Below, piece after piece: positions 55,501-64,000 of a DNA stretch of 64,000 nucleotides. The notes beneath the pieces were generated by a model. It searched no databases. It saw only the letters and a list, made by a program, of their open reading frames with translations, and was not told the origin of the DNA. Source of the stretch: Deltaproteobacteria bacterium (GTDB lineage: Bacteria; Myxococcota_A; Polyangia; Polyangiales; Houyiibacteriaceae); contig JAXMNT010000032.1 in assembly GCA_034670305.1 (NCBI GenBank), positions 1 through 64,000 on the forward strand. Reading direction: 5' to 3'. How positions within the stretch are numbered: the first letter of the stretch is position 1; each line of letters opens with the position of its first letter. Position numbers and translations under genes: made by a program.

Positions 55501-58500
55501 GACACCTTCAGCAAGCGCGCCGACGGCGAGTACGTGCTCGCGCCCGAGCGCGGCCGAGAAGGCTACGACCAGCTGGTGCAAGATCTCGTGCAGTCCGCGC
55601 GGGTGCCGACCCGGATCGTGCACCTGTGGTTGACCACCGCCGACGAAGGGTTCCGCCCCGGGTCGAGCTTCTTCCACCGCAACCAGGAGCGGGGCTTCTA
55701 CTCGCTGCTCTTCCTCGCGCAGGCGCTCGCCGACGAGAACGTGCCGCGGCCGCTGCACCTGCAGGTCGTGACGAACAGCGCGCTTGCGACCGGCGACGCG
55801 CCGGCCCGCTACCCGGAGAAGGCGACCGCGCTCGGCCCGGTCCAGGTCGTGCCGCGCGAGCTTCCCGGCGTGACCGCGTCCTTGCTCGATGTGACTTTGC
55901 CGCAGTCCAGCCGCCGCCTCTTCGGCGGCCGGCTCGCGATGGCGCTCGTCGACCCGTTCGCGGGCAAGAAGACCCTCACGCTCGGGCTCGACCAACTGGC
56001 GGAGACCGTGCTCGAAGAAGCCGACGCGGTGCCGCGCGAATGCGTCGCGGCGATCCGCGAAGGCAAACGGCTCGAACGTGGCTACCGCTCTCGGGCGCTG
56101 TCGACCTCGGAAACCGGTGCCTCCAGCGAACAGGTCCTGCGCAAGCACGGGGTGTACGTCCTGACCGGTGGGCTCGGCGGACTCGGTCTCGTGGCCGCCG
56201 AAGCACTCGCCCGCAGCGTGCACGCGAAGCTCGTGCTGGTGGGCCGCACGCCGCTGCCCGAACGAGACAGCTGGGACGCCTACATCGCAGAGCACGGCGA
56301 AGCCGACCGCACGAGCCGGCGTCTGCTCGCGGTGCGGGAACTCGAAGCGCTCGGCGCCGAAGTGCTCGTGCTCGCGGCCGACGTCACCAACGTCGAACAG
56401 GTGCGCGCGGTGGTCGCCGAGACCAAACGGCGCTTCGGCCGTATCCACGGGCTGCTCCACACCGCGGGCACCGTGTCCGACGCGCTCATCCAGACCAAAC
56501 GGCTCACCGAAGTCGAGGACGTCTTCGCGCCGAAGGTGCACGGCACCGAAGTGCTCCGCGAAGTGTTCGCGCCCGAGGGGCTCGACTTCGTGCTGCTCTA
56601 CAGCTCGACCTCCACCGCGATCGCACCGACGGGCCAGGTCGACTACGTCGCCGCCAACGCGTTCCTCGACGCGATGGCGTCCACCGAGGGCACCTTCGGC
56701 ACCGCGCGGGTTCAGGTGGTCAACTGGGGGATCTGGAACCAGGTCGGCATGGCCGCCGAAGCGATGTCGAGCTCGGATCTGAGCCGGAGCCCGGACCAGC
56801 TCAAGCCCACCACACACCCGCTCTTCGATGGCCGCCTGCGGGACACCCACGGCACGCTTCACTTCTTCGGGAAACACGCGACCGACACCCACTGGATCTA
56901 CGACGAGCACCGCGTCAAATCCGCTCGAGCCGCCACGGATGGGGACAGCCGTGGTTGGGCGCTGATCCCGGGCACCGGCTACTTGGAGCTCGCGGCCGGC
57001 GCACTCGCCGAACTCGGAGAGTCCGCGCCGTTCGCGATCGAAGATCTCTACTTCTTGCGTCCGCTCCAAATCGACGACGGACAGTCGCGCGAGGTGCGCG
57101 TGAAGATGCGCCGCACCGACGCGGGCTACGCCATGGAAGTGCGGAGCGAGTGTTTGGTCGAAGGCCGCCGCGCGTGGCAACTCCACGCCCAGTGCGGCTT
57201 GAGCGTCGCGAAGGCGGAAGTGCCGGCGCGCATCGATCTGGACGCGGTCGAGCAGCGGTGCCGCGATCGGGTCGAGCGCGGAGACGGACTGCGGTCGCCG
57301 CAGGAAGCGCACCTCTCGTTCGGTGGTCGGTGGCGGGTGCTTCGGGAGGTGCGCTACGGCGAACGAGAAGCGCTCGCGGAGCTCTGTCTGCCGCCCGATG
57401 CCGAAGGCGATCCGGCAGCCGGTTGGCGTCTGCACCCCGCGCTCATGGATCTGGCCACCGGCTACGCAATGGGACTCATCGAAGGCTACGGCGGCGCCGA
57501 AGTCTGGGTGCCGGTCAGCTACGAGTCGGTGGAGGTCTTCGGTCCACTCCCGGCACAGATCCGGAGCTGGGTCCGGAGCGCGGGCGAGAACACGAGCGAC
57601 GGTCAGTTCGCGCTCTTCGACGTCGACATCACGGATCTCGAAGGCCACGTCGTGTTGCAGGTCCGCCGCTTCGCGATTCGCAAGATGGCGCAAGCGGACT
57701 TCGGGGCCACCCGCGCGCCGACGCGCGGCGACGTCGAGATGGAACGCGACCCGCGCGCGGAAGAAGACCGCCCGCTCTCACCGGCGGAGCAGCGGCTCCG
57801 GCGCAACCTCGAACGCGGCATCGTGCCGAGCGAGGGCGGCGAAGCGCTGGTTCGATTGATTGAATCGAAACGCCGGCAAGTCATCGTCACCAGCCTCGAC
57901 CTGGCCGGCTTGATGGAAGAAGCGAAGCAGGTCGTGGAGTTGCCCGAGGGCGGGAGCGCCAAGTTCGCGCGCCCCGATCTCGACAGCGACTACGTGGCCC
58001 CGCGCGACGATGTCGAGCGCACGCTGGTCGGCTTCTGGGAGGAGCTCTTGGGCGTCGACCAAGTCGGTGTGCAGGACAGCTTCTTCGACCTCGGGGGGCA
58101 CTCGCTCATCGCAGTCCGGCTCTTCGCGATGGTGAAGAAGGCGTACCAGGCCGAGTTCCCGATCAGCGTGCTCTTCGAGGCGCCGACCGTCGAAGCCTGC
58201 GCCGAGCTCATCAAAGAGGCGATCGGCTTCACCGAAGATGGGGCCGCCGAGTCCGCGCCGAGCAAGAAGGCACCGAAGCGCCGGTACACGCACCTCGTGC
58301 CGATGCATCCGGGCGTCGGTGGGCACACCACCTCGGACGACACCGAGCGGCCTCCGTTCTTCTTGGTCGCGGGCATGTTCGGCAACGTGCTGAACCTGCG
58401 CCACCTCGCGCATCTGCTCGGCACCGACCGCCCATTCTACGGGCTGCAGGCGAAGGGCCTCTACGGCGGCGACGCGCCCCACGAGACGTTCGAGGAGATG

Positions 58501-59124
58501 GCCACCGCGTACATCGCGGAGATGCGCACCGTGCAGGCCAAGGGGCCATACTTCGTGGGCGGGTTCTCCGGCGGCGGCTACACCGCGCTCGAGATCGCAC
58601 GGCAGCTTCGCGCCGAAGGCGAAGAGGTGCCGATGCTGGTGATGCTCGACACGCCCGCGCTGCTCGTGCCCCGCAAGCTCTCGCCCCGAGACCGCGCGAC
58701 CATCCAACTTCAGCGCATCCAACAGAAGGGCGCCGGCTACGTGGTGGAGTGGGCGCAGAACCGGCTCGAATGGGAGCTCGGCAAACTCCGGCAGCGCTTC
58801 GAAGAAGAAGAGCAACTCGCCGAGACCGAGTTCCACAACGAAGCCATCGAAGGTGCGTTCCGCCGCGCCCTGGCGCGCTACACCATTCCCCACTGGGACC
58901 AACGCCTGGTGCTCTTCCGGCCGCCGCTCGAGAAGGCGTACGACCTCGGGGACGGGCGGATCCTCAACCACGACCGCGAGTACGTGTACCCCGACAACGG
59001 CTGGTCCGAGCACTGCGATCAAGTCGAGGTCTACGAAGTACCGGGGGACCACGACTCGATGGTGCTGGAGCCCAACGTGCGCGTGATGGCGTCCCGACTG
59101 AAACAGATCCTCGAAGACGTTTGA
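52600..59124 (+). CDS. Type I polyketide synthase, KS-AT-KR-DH-ACP-TE
   Basis: VQTACSTS, HGTGT, NIGHL (KS); GHSMG, RAAHS (AT); GGLGGLG, GQVDYVAAN (KR); EHRV...IPGTGYLEL, LHPALMD (DH); GGHSL (ACP); GFSGG, GDH (TE). Confidence 0.95.
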   Translation: MSEDYSESDIAIVGMAAHLPGARTIDDYWTNLVDGVESVQRYSDEELIEAGVPRAHLRHPRYVKAAAELQDMELFDGEFFGFSPKESAIVDPQHRHFLEVCWEALEDAGHPPSKFDGPIGIYGGCGMGSYFYFNLCSNPNLVDSVGMFLLRHTGNDKDFLVTRVAHVLDLTGPAVNVQTACSTSLVAVHYAIQSLMNQECDMALAGGVTIEIPHRRGYFFEEGEILSPDGHCHAFDHRSQGTVFGSGAGAVVLRRLEDARADGDHIYAVIRATAINNDGASKAGYLAPSVQGQATCIVEAHALADVDPRSIGYVECHGTGTYLGDPIEVSALTEAFRQGTDDNQFCGIGSVKTNIGHLDTAAGVASLIKSALILDREIVPATLNFEKPNPTIDFESSPFYVNAKRKEWKRGPEPRRVGVQSLGVGGTNAHVVLQEAPAPAPSGPSAHTDHLFLVSARNRGALDQTAQKLADHLETTSDRLADITHTLHVGRHEFERRRVVVAASGAEAATRLRGKDPRRVFNHVALDQPKVAFLFPGGGAQYVSMAKDLYDREPVFRAVMDRAFKYLATKDLDHDPKALLFGEVDDAAARLEKPGSQLSMIFSVSYGLALLFEDRGVVPDAMTGHSMGEYVAACLAGVFSFEDALGLVLLRGQLMDRVEVGAMLSVPLTEEAIAPLLGADLDLAGVNAPDLMLVSGPVPAIEALEETLQAQDIEPQRVRIDRAAHSRMFDPILEDFRAYISKMKLQPPTKRFVSSNTGTWITPAQATDPNYWTRHLRETVRFSDAIDTLAADAPMIFVEVGPGRAMSAFAKANPRVDAQTVVNALRHRDEVVADDVFFLEAIGRLWALGLFSNLDEDADNPLDQLWAGETRRRVRLPTYAFQRQHYFIEPGVSSGAAAAPEVTRHEEVADFGYEPYYRPVAAEPAHTSADARDAERFLVFLDDAGVGKRLVAALRTRGDQVTTVRPGDTFSKRADGEYVLAPERGREGYDQLVQDLVQSARVPTRIVHLWLTTADEGFRPGSSFFHRNQERGFYSLLFLAQALADENVPRPLHLQVVTNSALATGDAPARYPEKATALGPVQVVPRELPGVTASLLDVTLPQSSRRLFGGRLAMALVDPFAGKKTLTLGLDQLAETVLEEADAVPRECVAAIREGKRLERGYRSRALSTSETGASSEQVLRKHGVYVLTGGLGGLGLVAAEALARSVHAKLVLVGRTPLPERDSWDAYIAEHGEADRTSRRLLAVRELEALGAEVLVLAADVTNVEQVRAVVAETKRRFGRIHGLLHTAGTVSDALIQTKRLTEVEDVFAPKVHGTEVLREVFAPEGLDFVLLYSSTSTAIAPTGQVDYVAANAFLDAMASTEGTFGTARVQVVNWGIWNQVGMAAEAMSSSDLSRSPDQLKPTTHPLFDGRLRDTHGTLHFFGKHATDTHWIYDEHRVKSARAATDGDSRGWALIPGTGYLELAAGALAELGESAPFAIEDLYFLRPLQIDDGQSREVRVKMRRTDAGYAMEVRSECLVEGRRAWQLHAQCGLSVAKAEVPARIDLDAVEQRCRDRVERGDGLRSPQEAHLSFGGRWRVLREVRYGEREALAELCLPPDAEGDPAAGWRLHPALMDLATGYAMGLIEGYGGAEVWVPVSYESVEVFGPLPAQIRSWVRSAGENTSDGQFALFDVDITDLEGHVVLQVRRFAIRKMAQADFGATRAPTRGDVEMERDPRAEEDRPLSPAEQRLRRNLERGIVPSEGGEALVRLIESKRRQVIVTSLDLAGLMEEAKQVVELPEGGSAKFARPDLDSDYVAPRDDVERTLVGFWEELLGVDQVGVQDSFFDLGGHSLIAVRLFAMVKKAYQAEFPISVLFEAPTVEACAELIKEAIGFTEDGAAESAPSKKAPKRRYTHLVPMHPGVGGHTTSDDTERPPFFLVAGMFGNVLNLRHLAHLLGTDRPFYGLQAKGLYGGDAPHETFEEMATAYIAEMRTVQAKGPYFVGGFSGGGYTALEIARQLRAEGEEVPMLVMLDTPALLVPRKLSPRDRATIQLQRIQQKGAGYVVEWAQNRLEWELGKLRQRFEEEEQLAETEFHNEAIEGAFRRALARYTIPHWDQRLVLFRPPLEKAYDLGDGRILNHDREYVYPDNGWSEHCDQVEVYEVPGDHDSMVLEPNVRVMASRLKQILEDV

Positions 59125-59229
59125 ACGGCGCTCGGAGCTCCCGAGCGAGAGATCAGGAGTACCCGGTCCGCGGGGGAACAGATGGCACAGTTTGAGCGGG
59201 CATGGGTCTTGCTGGGCTATGTTCCTTCC

Positions 59230-60939
59230 ATGCCTCGCTTCGTTGCCCTCCTTCTCTTCTCCCTCACCTTCGTCGGGTGTGGGGGGCGGTCCGATCTGAA
59301 GGTCTACGGAAGTCCCCGCGACGGGGGCCCCGACTCGGACGCCGCGCCGCCGCCTCCGCTCGAAGTCGACTGCGGACGCATGCTCCGGTACACGACGCCG
59401 CGGCTTCCGATCACGATGACCGCGGAGGTCACGAGCTTCAGCGGCATCGCCTCGCAAGGCTGGTCGCTGCTCGCGTCGCCCGAGGGATCGATCGCCACCA
59501 ACACCCCGACCTTCGGACCGACCACCACGCTCGATCCCGACCTCATCGGTTTCTACGCGCTGCGGTTCGAAGCGATGGACACCGAAGGCCGGGTGGAGAG
59601 CTGCGATGTGCAGGTCGAAGCGATCGTCGGTCCCCCGCGCGCCATCTGCCCCGAGGGCGAGCTGCGGGTGCCGGCCAACGAGTTCCTCACCCTCGAGGGC
59701 GGCGGCTTCGACGACGAAGCGGTGGTCTCCTACCAGTGGAGGCTGCTCGACGGTCCCTCGGAGCCGGAGCTGACGGCGCCGACTTCGCCCATCACCCAGT
59801 TCCGAGCGGCCATCACCGGCATCTACCGGATGGAGCTCGAAGTCGCGGACGCCGACGGCTCCACCCACGCGTGCACCGCCATCGTCCAGGTGGTCGGCGC
59901 GCCCCAAGTGTTCTGCCCGGAGGTCATCGAAGCGCCGACCCGCCAACCGCTCCGGATCGACGCGCGGGCCATCGACGACACGGGCATCGCGTCGCACGAG
60001 TGGTCCTTGCTCGCGCAACCGGACCGGAGCCGCGCCACCATTCGAGGCGGCGAAGTGGAAGGCGACACCTACACGGCGACGATGACCCCGGACCGGCAGG
60101 GCGAGTACCTCGTGCGCTTCGAGGTCACCGACGAGGACGGGCTCAGCGCCTCCTGCGAGATCCTCGTGATCGGTTTGCCGACGCCCCCGACCGCGATCTG
60201 CACCGACGTGAACACGACCCCACTGACCCGCACCGACATCCCAGGCGGCGGCGAAGACGACGGCGAGATCGTGCGCTACCAATGGACGCTCGTGGGACTG
60301 CCGCCGGGTTCGACCGCCCGGCCGCCGATGCCGGCCACCGAGCCGGACACGATCTTCACGCCGGACCTGGCCGGCGAGTACCGCCTCGAGCTGACCGTCA
60401 CCGACGACGACGGAGAGAGCGCGAGTTGCGTCGCGCTGGTGCGTGCGGTCGCGAGCGAAGGCCTCCGGATCGAGATGTTCTGGGACACCGGTGGAACGGA
60501 CATCGATCTGCACCTGCTCGACTCGGGCGGCGCGGCTTGGCGTACGGGCGACGACTGCTACTTCGCCAACTGCACGAACCCGCCCTACCCCTCGTGGGGA
60601 CGCGCCGGTTCGACCGAAGACGACCCCAACCTCGACATCGACGACACCGACGGCTTCGGCCCCGAGAACATCAACATCGACACCCCCGCCAACGGAACCT
60701 ACCGGGTCGGTGCGTACGCCTACCGGGGCAGCGGCACGGTGACGGTGCGCATCTACTGCGGCGGCAGCACCACCGAACCGCGGGCCACCTTCGGCCCGAC
60801 CACGATTCGAGGCACCGGTGGGAGCCTCCACGACTTCTGGCGGGTGGCCGATGTCGCGATCCGCGGCGACACGTGTTCCATCTCCGAGATCGGACGCGTC
60901 GACGGGGTCAACCACGACGGTGCCGCGTTCCCGCCTTGA
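59230..60939 (+). CDS. Lipoprotein with tandem PKD/REJ-like Ig repeats and a C-terminal DUF2135/YfaP-like domain
   Basis: GCGGRSDL lipobox region; repeated YQW...P...F.PD..GEY.L.L.VTD; DIDLH and LDIDDTDGFGPENINI. Confidence 0.75.
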   Translation: MPRFVALLLFSLTFVGCGGRSDLKVYGSPRDGGPDSDAAPPPPLEVDCGRMLRYTTPRLPITMTAEVTSFSGIASQGWSLLASPEGSIATNTPTFGPTTTLDPDLIGFYALRFEAMDTEGRVESCDVQVEAIVGPPRAICPEGELRVPANEFLTLEGGGFDDEAVVSYQWRLLDGPSEPELTAPTSPITQFRAAITGIYRMELEVADADGSTHACTAIVQVVGAPQVFCPEVIEAPTRQPLRIDARAIDDTGIASHEWSLLAQPDRSRATIRGGEVEGDTYTATMTPDRQGEYLVRFEVTDEDGLSASCEILVIGLPTPPTAICTDVNTTPLTRTDIPGGGEDDGEIVRYQWTLVGLPPGSTARPPMPATEPDTIFTPDLAGEYRLELTVTDDDGESASCVALVRAVASEGLRIEMFWDTGGTDIDLHLLDSGGAAWRTGDDCYFANCTNPPYPSWGRAGSTEDDPNLDIDDTDGFGPENINIDTPANGTYRVGAYAYRGSGTVTVRIYCGGSTTEPRATFGPTTIRGTGGSLHDFWRVADVAIRGDTCSISEIGRVDGVNHDGAAFPP

Positions 60940-61051
60940 ACTCTGGTCGCGTGGCCTGGTCCGAACGGACCTCGCGCGTGCTACACCAACAGCTGTGACC
61001 AAGTCGGGTTCAGAGCGGATTTCCGGGGTGGGTTCCTCCGGCGATCACACG

Positions 61052-62890
61052 ATGATCGACGACGGCTTGTTCGATCCCGCCGCGACCCTCCCGACCCTCG
61101 CGGACGATCGATACGTGGGACGCGGCGTGCTCGGCGAAGGCGGCATGGGCGAGGTGCGGCTGTACCGCGACCAAGTCGTGGGACGCGACGTGGCGATGAA
61201 GGTGTTGTTGCCCGCCCGGCAGCGCGACCCGCGGGCGCGCATCCGGTTCCTGCGCGAAGCACTGGTGCAAGGACAGCTCGAACATCCGGCGATCGTGCCG
61301 GTGTACGACATCGGCGCGACCGCGAGCGGGGATCCCTACTTCACGATGAAGCGGATCCGGGGCGATTCTTTGCGCGACGTGCTTCGCGCCCGCGCGATGC
61401 GGCGCAGCGGACCTGAGTCGGGAGATGCGCGGGAGAGCGATGCGGTCCTCGCCGGTCGAGTCGCAGCACACTCGACTCGGCAGCTGCTCGAGGCGTTCTC
61501 GTCGGTGTGTTTGGCGATGGAGTACGTGCACAGCCGCGGCGTCATCCACCGCGATCTGAAGCCCTCCAACCTCATGCTCGGCACCTACGGCGAAGTGTAC
61601 GTGCTCGACTGGGGCGTCGCGCGCGTCTTGCACGCCGCGCAAGGAGGACTGCTCGACACCGAGGACATCCCCGAGGTCGGCACCCGGGTGGGATCGGTGC
61701 TGGGCACGCCGGGGTACCTCGCGCCGGAGCAGATCCTCAGCTCGGCGGTGGACCGGCGGGCCGACGTGTACGCACTCGGGGCCATCCTCTTCGAGATCGC
61801 CACCGGCGCGCCGCTGCACGCGCGCACAGCGAAGATCCGCCCGAGCGACGCGCTCACGGAGGCGAACCCAGCCGAGCGGGTGCGCGCGCTCGGGCTCTCG
61901 ATGGAGCCCGCGCTGCTCTCCATCGTTGCGCATGCGACCGCGCACGATCTGGAGCGCCGCACCCCCACCGCACGCGCGGTCTACGACGCGGTCCGCGCCC
62001 ACCTGGACGCCAGCGGTCACGACGAAGACCGCGCCGACGCACACGCCCACGCCGCTCGCCGAGCCGCCGACCAACTGCTTCGCGCAAAACCCGAGGACGA
62101 GGCGGGGCTGCACCGGATGGCGCTGCGCGAAGCTGGGCTCGCGATGTCGCTGAAACCGGGTCATCCGGCCGCGCTCGAGGTCATCGCCGAGCTGCTCGGC
62201 AAACCGCCCTCGCGGCTCCCGACAAGTGCCCAAGCGCTGGCGGACCACACCCGCCATCTCACGGCCCGGCGCGGGCTGCGCGAAGGCGCCATCGCCCGGT
62301 TCAGCTGGCTTCTCTACATCCCCATCATCTTCTGGCTCGGCCTGAAGAACGTGGGTCTGGGCATCCTCTTGGTGGGCCTCTCGATGGCCGCGGGCATGTT
62401 CGAACTGTGGGCGTCGCGGCACCGGGAACCCTCCAAGTGGGTGATGCGCAGCGCCGCGGTGCTGGCGCTCGCCAGCATGGCGCCGCTCTCGTTCGTACTC
62501 GGTCCCTACGGGCTCTTGCCGCTGGTCGTGCTCGCCTCGTTGCCCGCGCTCTTGCTCAACCTCGATCGCCGCGGCCGGCACTGGGCGACGGGCGCCGCGA
62601 TGCTGGTGCTCGCGGTGCCCGCGGTGCTCGAATGGCTTGGCGTGTTCCCCGCGTACGGGGTGCAGGACGAGATGGTGCAGGTGTTCCCCGCGATGGTGGC
62701 GTTCGACGAGACCACCCTGCGCATCTGCATGCTCACGCTGTGCCTGGCCTGCGTCCTCACCTCGGCGCGCCTCGTCGGCGGCATGCGCGACACCCTGCAG
62801 CGGAATGAATCGCGCCTGCACGCCCAGTCCTGGCAACTGCGCCAGCTCCTTCCCCGCGCTACCCGCGAGAGCGAAGACTCCTCGGTCTGA
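61052..62890 (+). CDS. Ser/Thr kinase with C-terminal multi-pass membrane domain
   Basis: GEGGMGEV, VAMK, HRDLKPSN, DWG, GTPGYLAPE; about six C-terminal TM helices. Confidence 0.9.
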   Translation: MIDDGLFDPAATLPTLADDRYVGRGVLGEGGMGEVRLYRDQVVGRDVAMKVLLPARQRDPRARIRFLREALVQGQLEHPAIVPVYDIGATASGDPYFTMKRIRGDSLRDVLRARAMRRSGPESGDARESDAVLAGRVAAHSTRQLLEAFSSVCLAMEYVHSRGVIHRDLKPSNLMLGTYGEVYVLDWGVARVLHAAQGGLLDTEDIPEVGTRVGSVLGTPGYLAPEQILSSAVDRRADVYALGAILFEIATGAPLHARTAKIRPSDALTEANPAERVRALGLSMEPALLSIVAHATAHDLERRTPTARAVYDAVRAHLDASGHDEDRADAHAHAARRAADQLLRAKPEDEAGLHRMALREAGLAMSLKPGHPAALEVIAELLGKPPSRLPTSAQALADHTRHLTARRGLREGAIARFSWLLYIPIIFWLGLKNVGLGILLVGLSMAAGMFELWASRHREPSKWVMRSAAVLALASMAPLSFVLGPYGLLPLVVLASLPALLLNLDRRGRHWATGAAMLVLAVPAVLEWLGVFPAYGVQDEMVQVFPAMVAFDETTLRICMLTLCLACVLTSARLVGGMRDTLQRNESRLHAQSWQLRQLLPRATRESEDSSV

Positions 62891-62923
62891 CGCTCCGCGC
62901 GGTTCGGGTGCTAGCTTCGCCCG

Positions 62924-63370
62924 ATGGGTCGTCTCGTGCCGCTTCCCCGGTTCCTCTGGCTTCTTCCCGCGCTCGGGTTGAATGGGTGCGAGGAGCTCGC
63001 GCGGTTGTTCGTGATCATGTGGTTCGGATTCCTGGCGGTCACGGCGCTGACAGGGATCGCGCTGTTCGCGTTCTCGGTCCGCGCACTCAAGAAGAAGTCG
63101 CCGACGGTCGTGTTGGCGATCGTGTCGTGGATCCTTGGCTTGCCGATCTTCGCGGTCGTCTTGATGGTCATCGAGAGCACGCTCACGGGCGGCGAGAGTG
63201 GACGGGTCGCCATCGAGATGATCGTGGTGCTGCCGTGGGTCGGCGCATGCTCACTCTCTCTGCGGGCGGCCCGCGACACGCCGACCATGCGCATCGTCGC
63301 AACGTTCATCGGCGTGCTGCTGACCCTCCTCGTCTTGCTGGGCGTGCTCGCCCCCGTGCTCGCGGGCTGA
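62924..63370 (+). CDS. Hypothetical membrane protein
   Basis: Four to five hydrophobic helices. Confidence 0.6.
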   Translation: MGRLVPLPRFLWLLPALGLNGCEELARLFVIMWFGFLAVTALTGIALFAFSVRALKKKSPTVVLAIVSWILGLPIFAVVLMVIESTLTGGESGRVAIEMIVVLPWVGACSLSLRAARDTPTMRIVATFIGVLLTLLVLLGVLAPVLAG

Positions 63371-63394
63371 CGGCCTGTCGCTTCGACGGCCGCG

Positions 63395-64000
63395 TCAGGC
63401 GAGCGATTCGAGCAAGAGCGGCAGCGACCGTTCGTAGCGGTAAGACGTGCCTCGGTGGCCCCCGTCGTACTCTTCGCACACGCAGTCGACGCCCACGCGC
63501 TTCATCTCGTCGCGCATCGCAAGAGCGGCGAACTGCAAGCCGTGTTCGTCGCGGTTGCCGCTGTCGAGGAAGATGGTGGCCATCGTCTTGAGCGCGGGCG
63601 CGCCCTTCTCGATGCGGGTGAGCGGGTCGTGTTCGATCCACCGGGCCCACACGTCGGGCACCAGCGCGCCGGTGCCGACGTGCATCGGCAGGTCGCAGTG
63701 CGGCGGCGCGCTCTTGCTCGGTGCGTACGCAGCCGAACACGCGAGCACGAAGATCGCGTCGAACTCACCACCGCCGCGCGGACCACCTTGCACGACCCGC
63801 TCCGCAAACGCGGTCAGGCCCCCCGCTTGGCGAATGGCGATGGCCGCGTTCGTCAGCATGGGCCGCATGCTGACTTCGAAGGCGGCGTCGCCGCAGTGGC
63901 TGCCCACCGCGCCGACCACGTCCGGCCGATCCATCGCCATGCGGAGCGCGCCGAAGCCGCCGGAGGAGCGGCCGATCACCGCGCGCCCGTCTCGCTTCGG
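63395..64000 (-). CDS. Alpha/beta-hydrolase esterase (5' part outside the window)
   Basis: IGRSSGGFGA nucleophile elbow, DSGNRDE, YDGGH. Confidence 0.85.
   Translation of the reverse strand, partial: PKRDGRAVIGRSSGGFGALRMAMDRPDVVGAVGSHCGDAAFEVSMRPMLTNAAIAIRQAGGLTAFAERVVQGGPRGGGEFDAIFVLACSAAYAPSKSAPPHCDLPMHVGTGALVPDVWARWIEHDPLTRIEKGAPALKTMATIFLDSGNRDEHGLQFAALAMRDEMKRVGVDCVCEEYDGGHRGTSYRYERSLPLLLESLA

Overview
High-GC chromosomal window, by inference from a myxobacterium (Myxococcota, probably Polyangia). The basis is three Hanks-type Ser/Thr kinases, PEGA/TPR/AgmX-type proteins, Cys-rich lipoproteins, a CarD/CdnL gene and a Myxococcus-type LexA box. Housekeeping genes (hppA, fur-family, secA, argJ, lolA, glmS with two glycosyltransferases, an M16 peptidase pair, cinA, recA, carD/cdnL, hisIE) are interspersed with accessory loci. 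The most striking locus is a compact five-gene minus-strand operon (31281-33961) that looks like an orphan, miniaturised type III secretion translocon cassette: small protein, tip-like protein, one-TPR chaperone, SctE-like and SctB-like translocators, in lcrG-lcrV-lcrH-yopB-yopD order. No injectisome genes lie anywhere in the window. Other highlights are a candidate sigma54-driven ~240-nt non-coding RNA after argJ, a Tat-lipoprotein with a superoxide-reductase-type 4His/1Cys site, and a stand-alone type I PKS with KS-AT-KR-DH-ACP-TE order. There is also a repeated element built from a four-helix-bundle gene remnant between inverted hexamer arrays and hairpins (three pieces in the window), plus long non-coding 12-mer arrays. 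No rRNA, tRNA, CRISPR array or transposase was recognised. All family calls come from reading motifs by eye; no database search was run.
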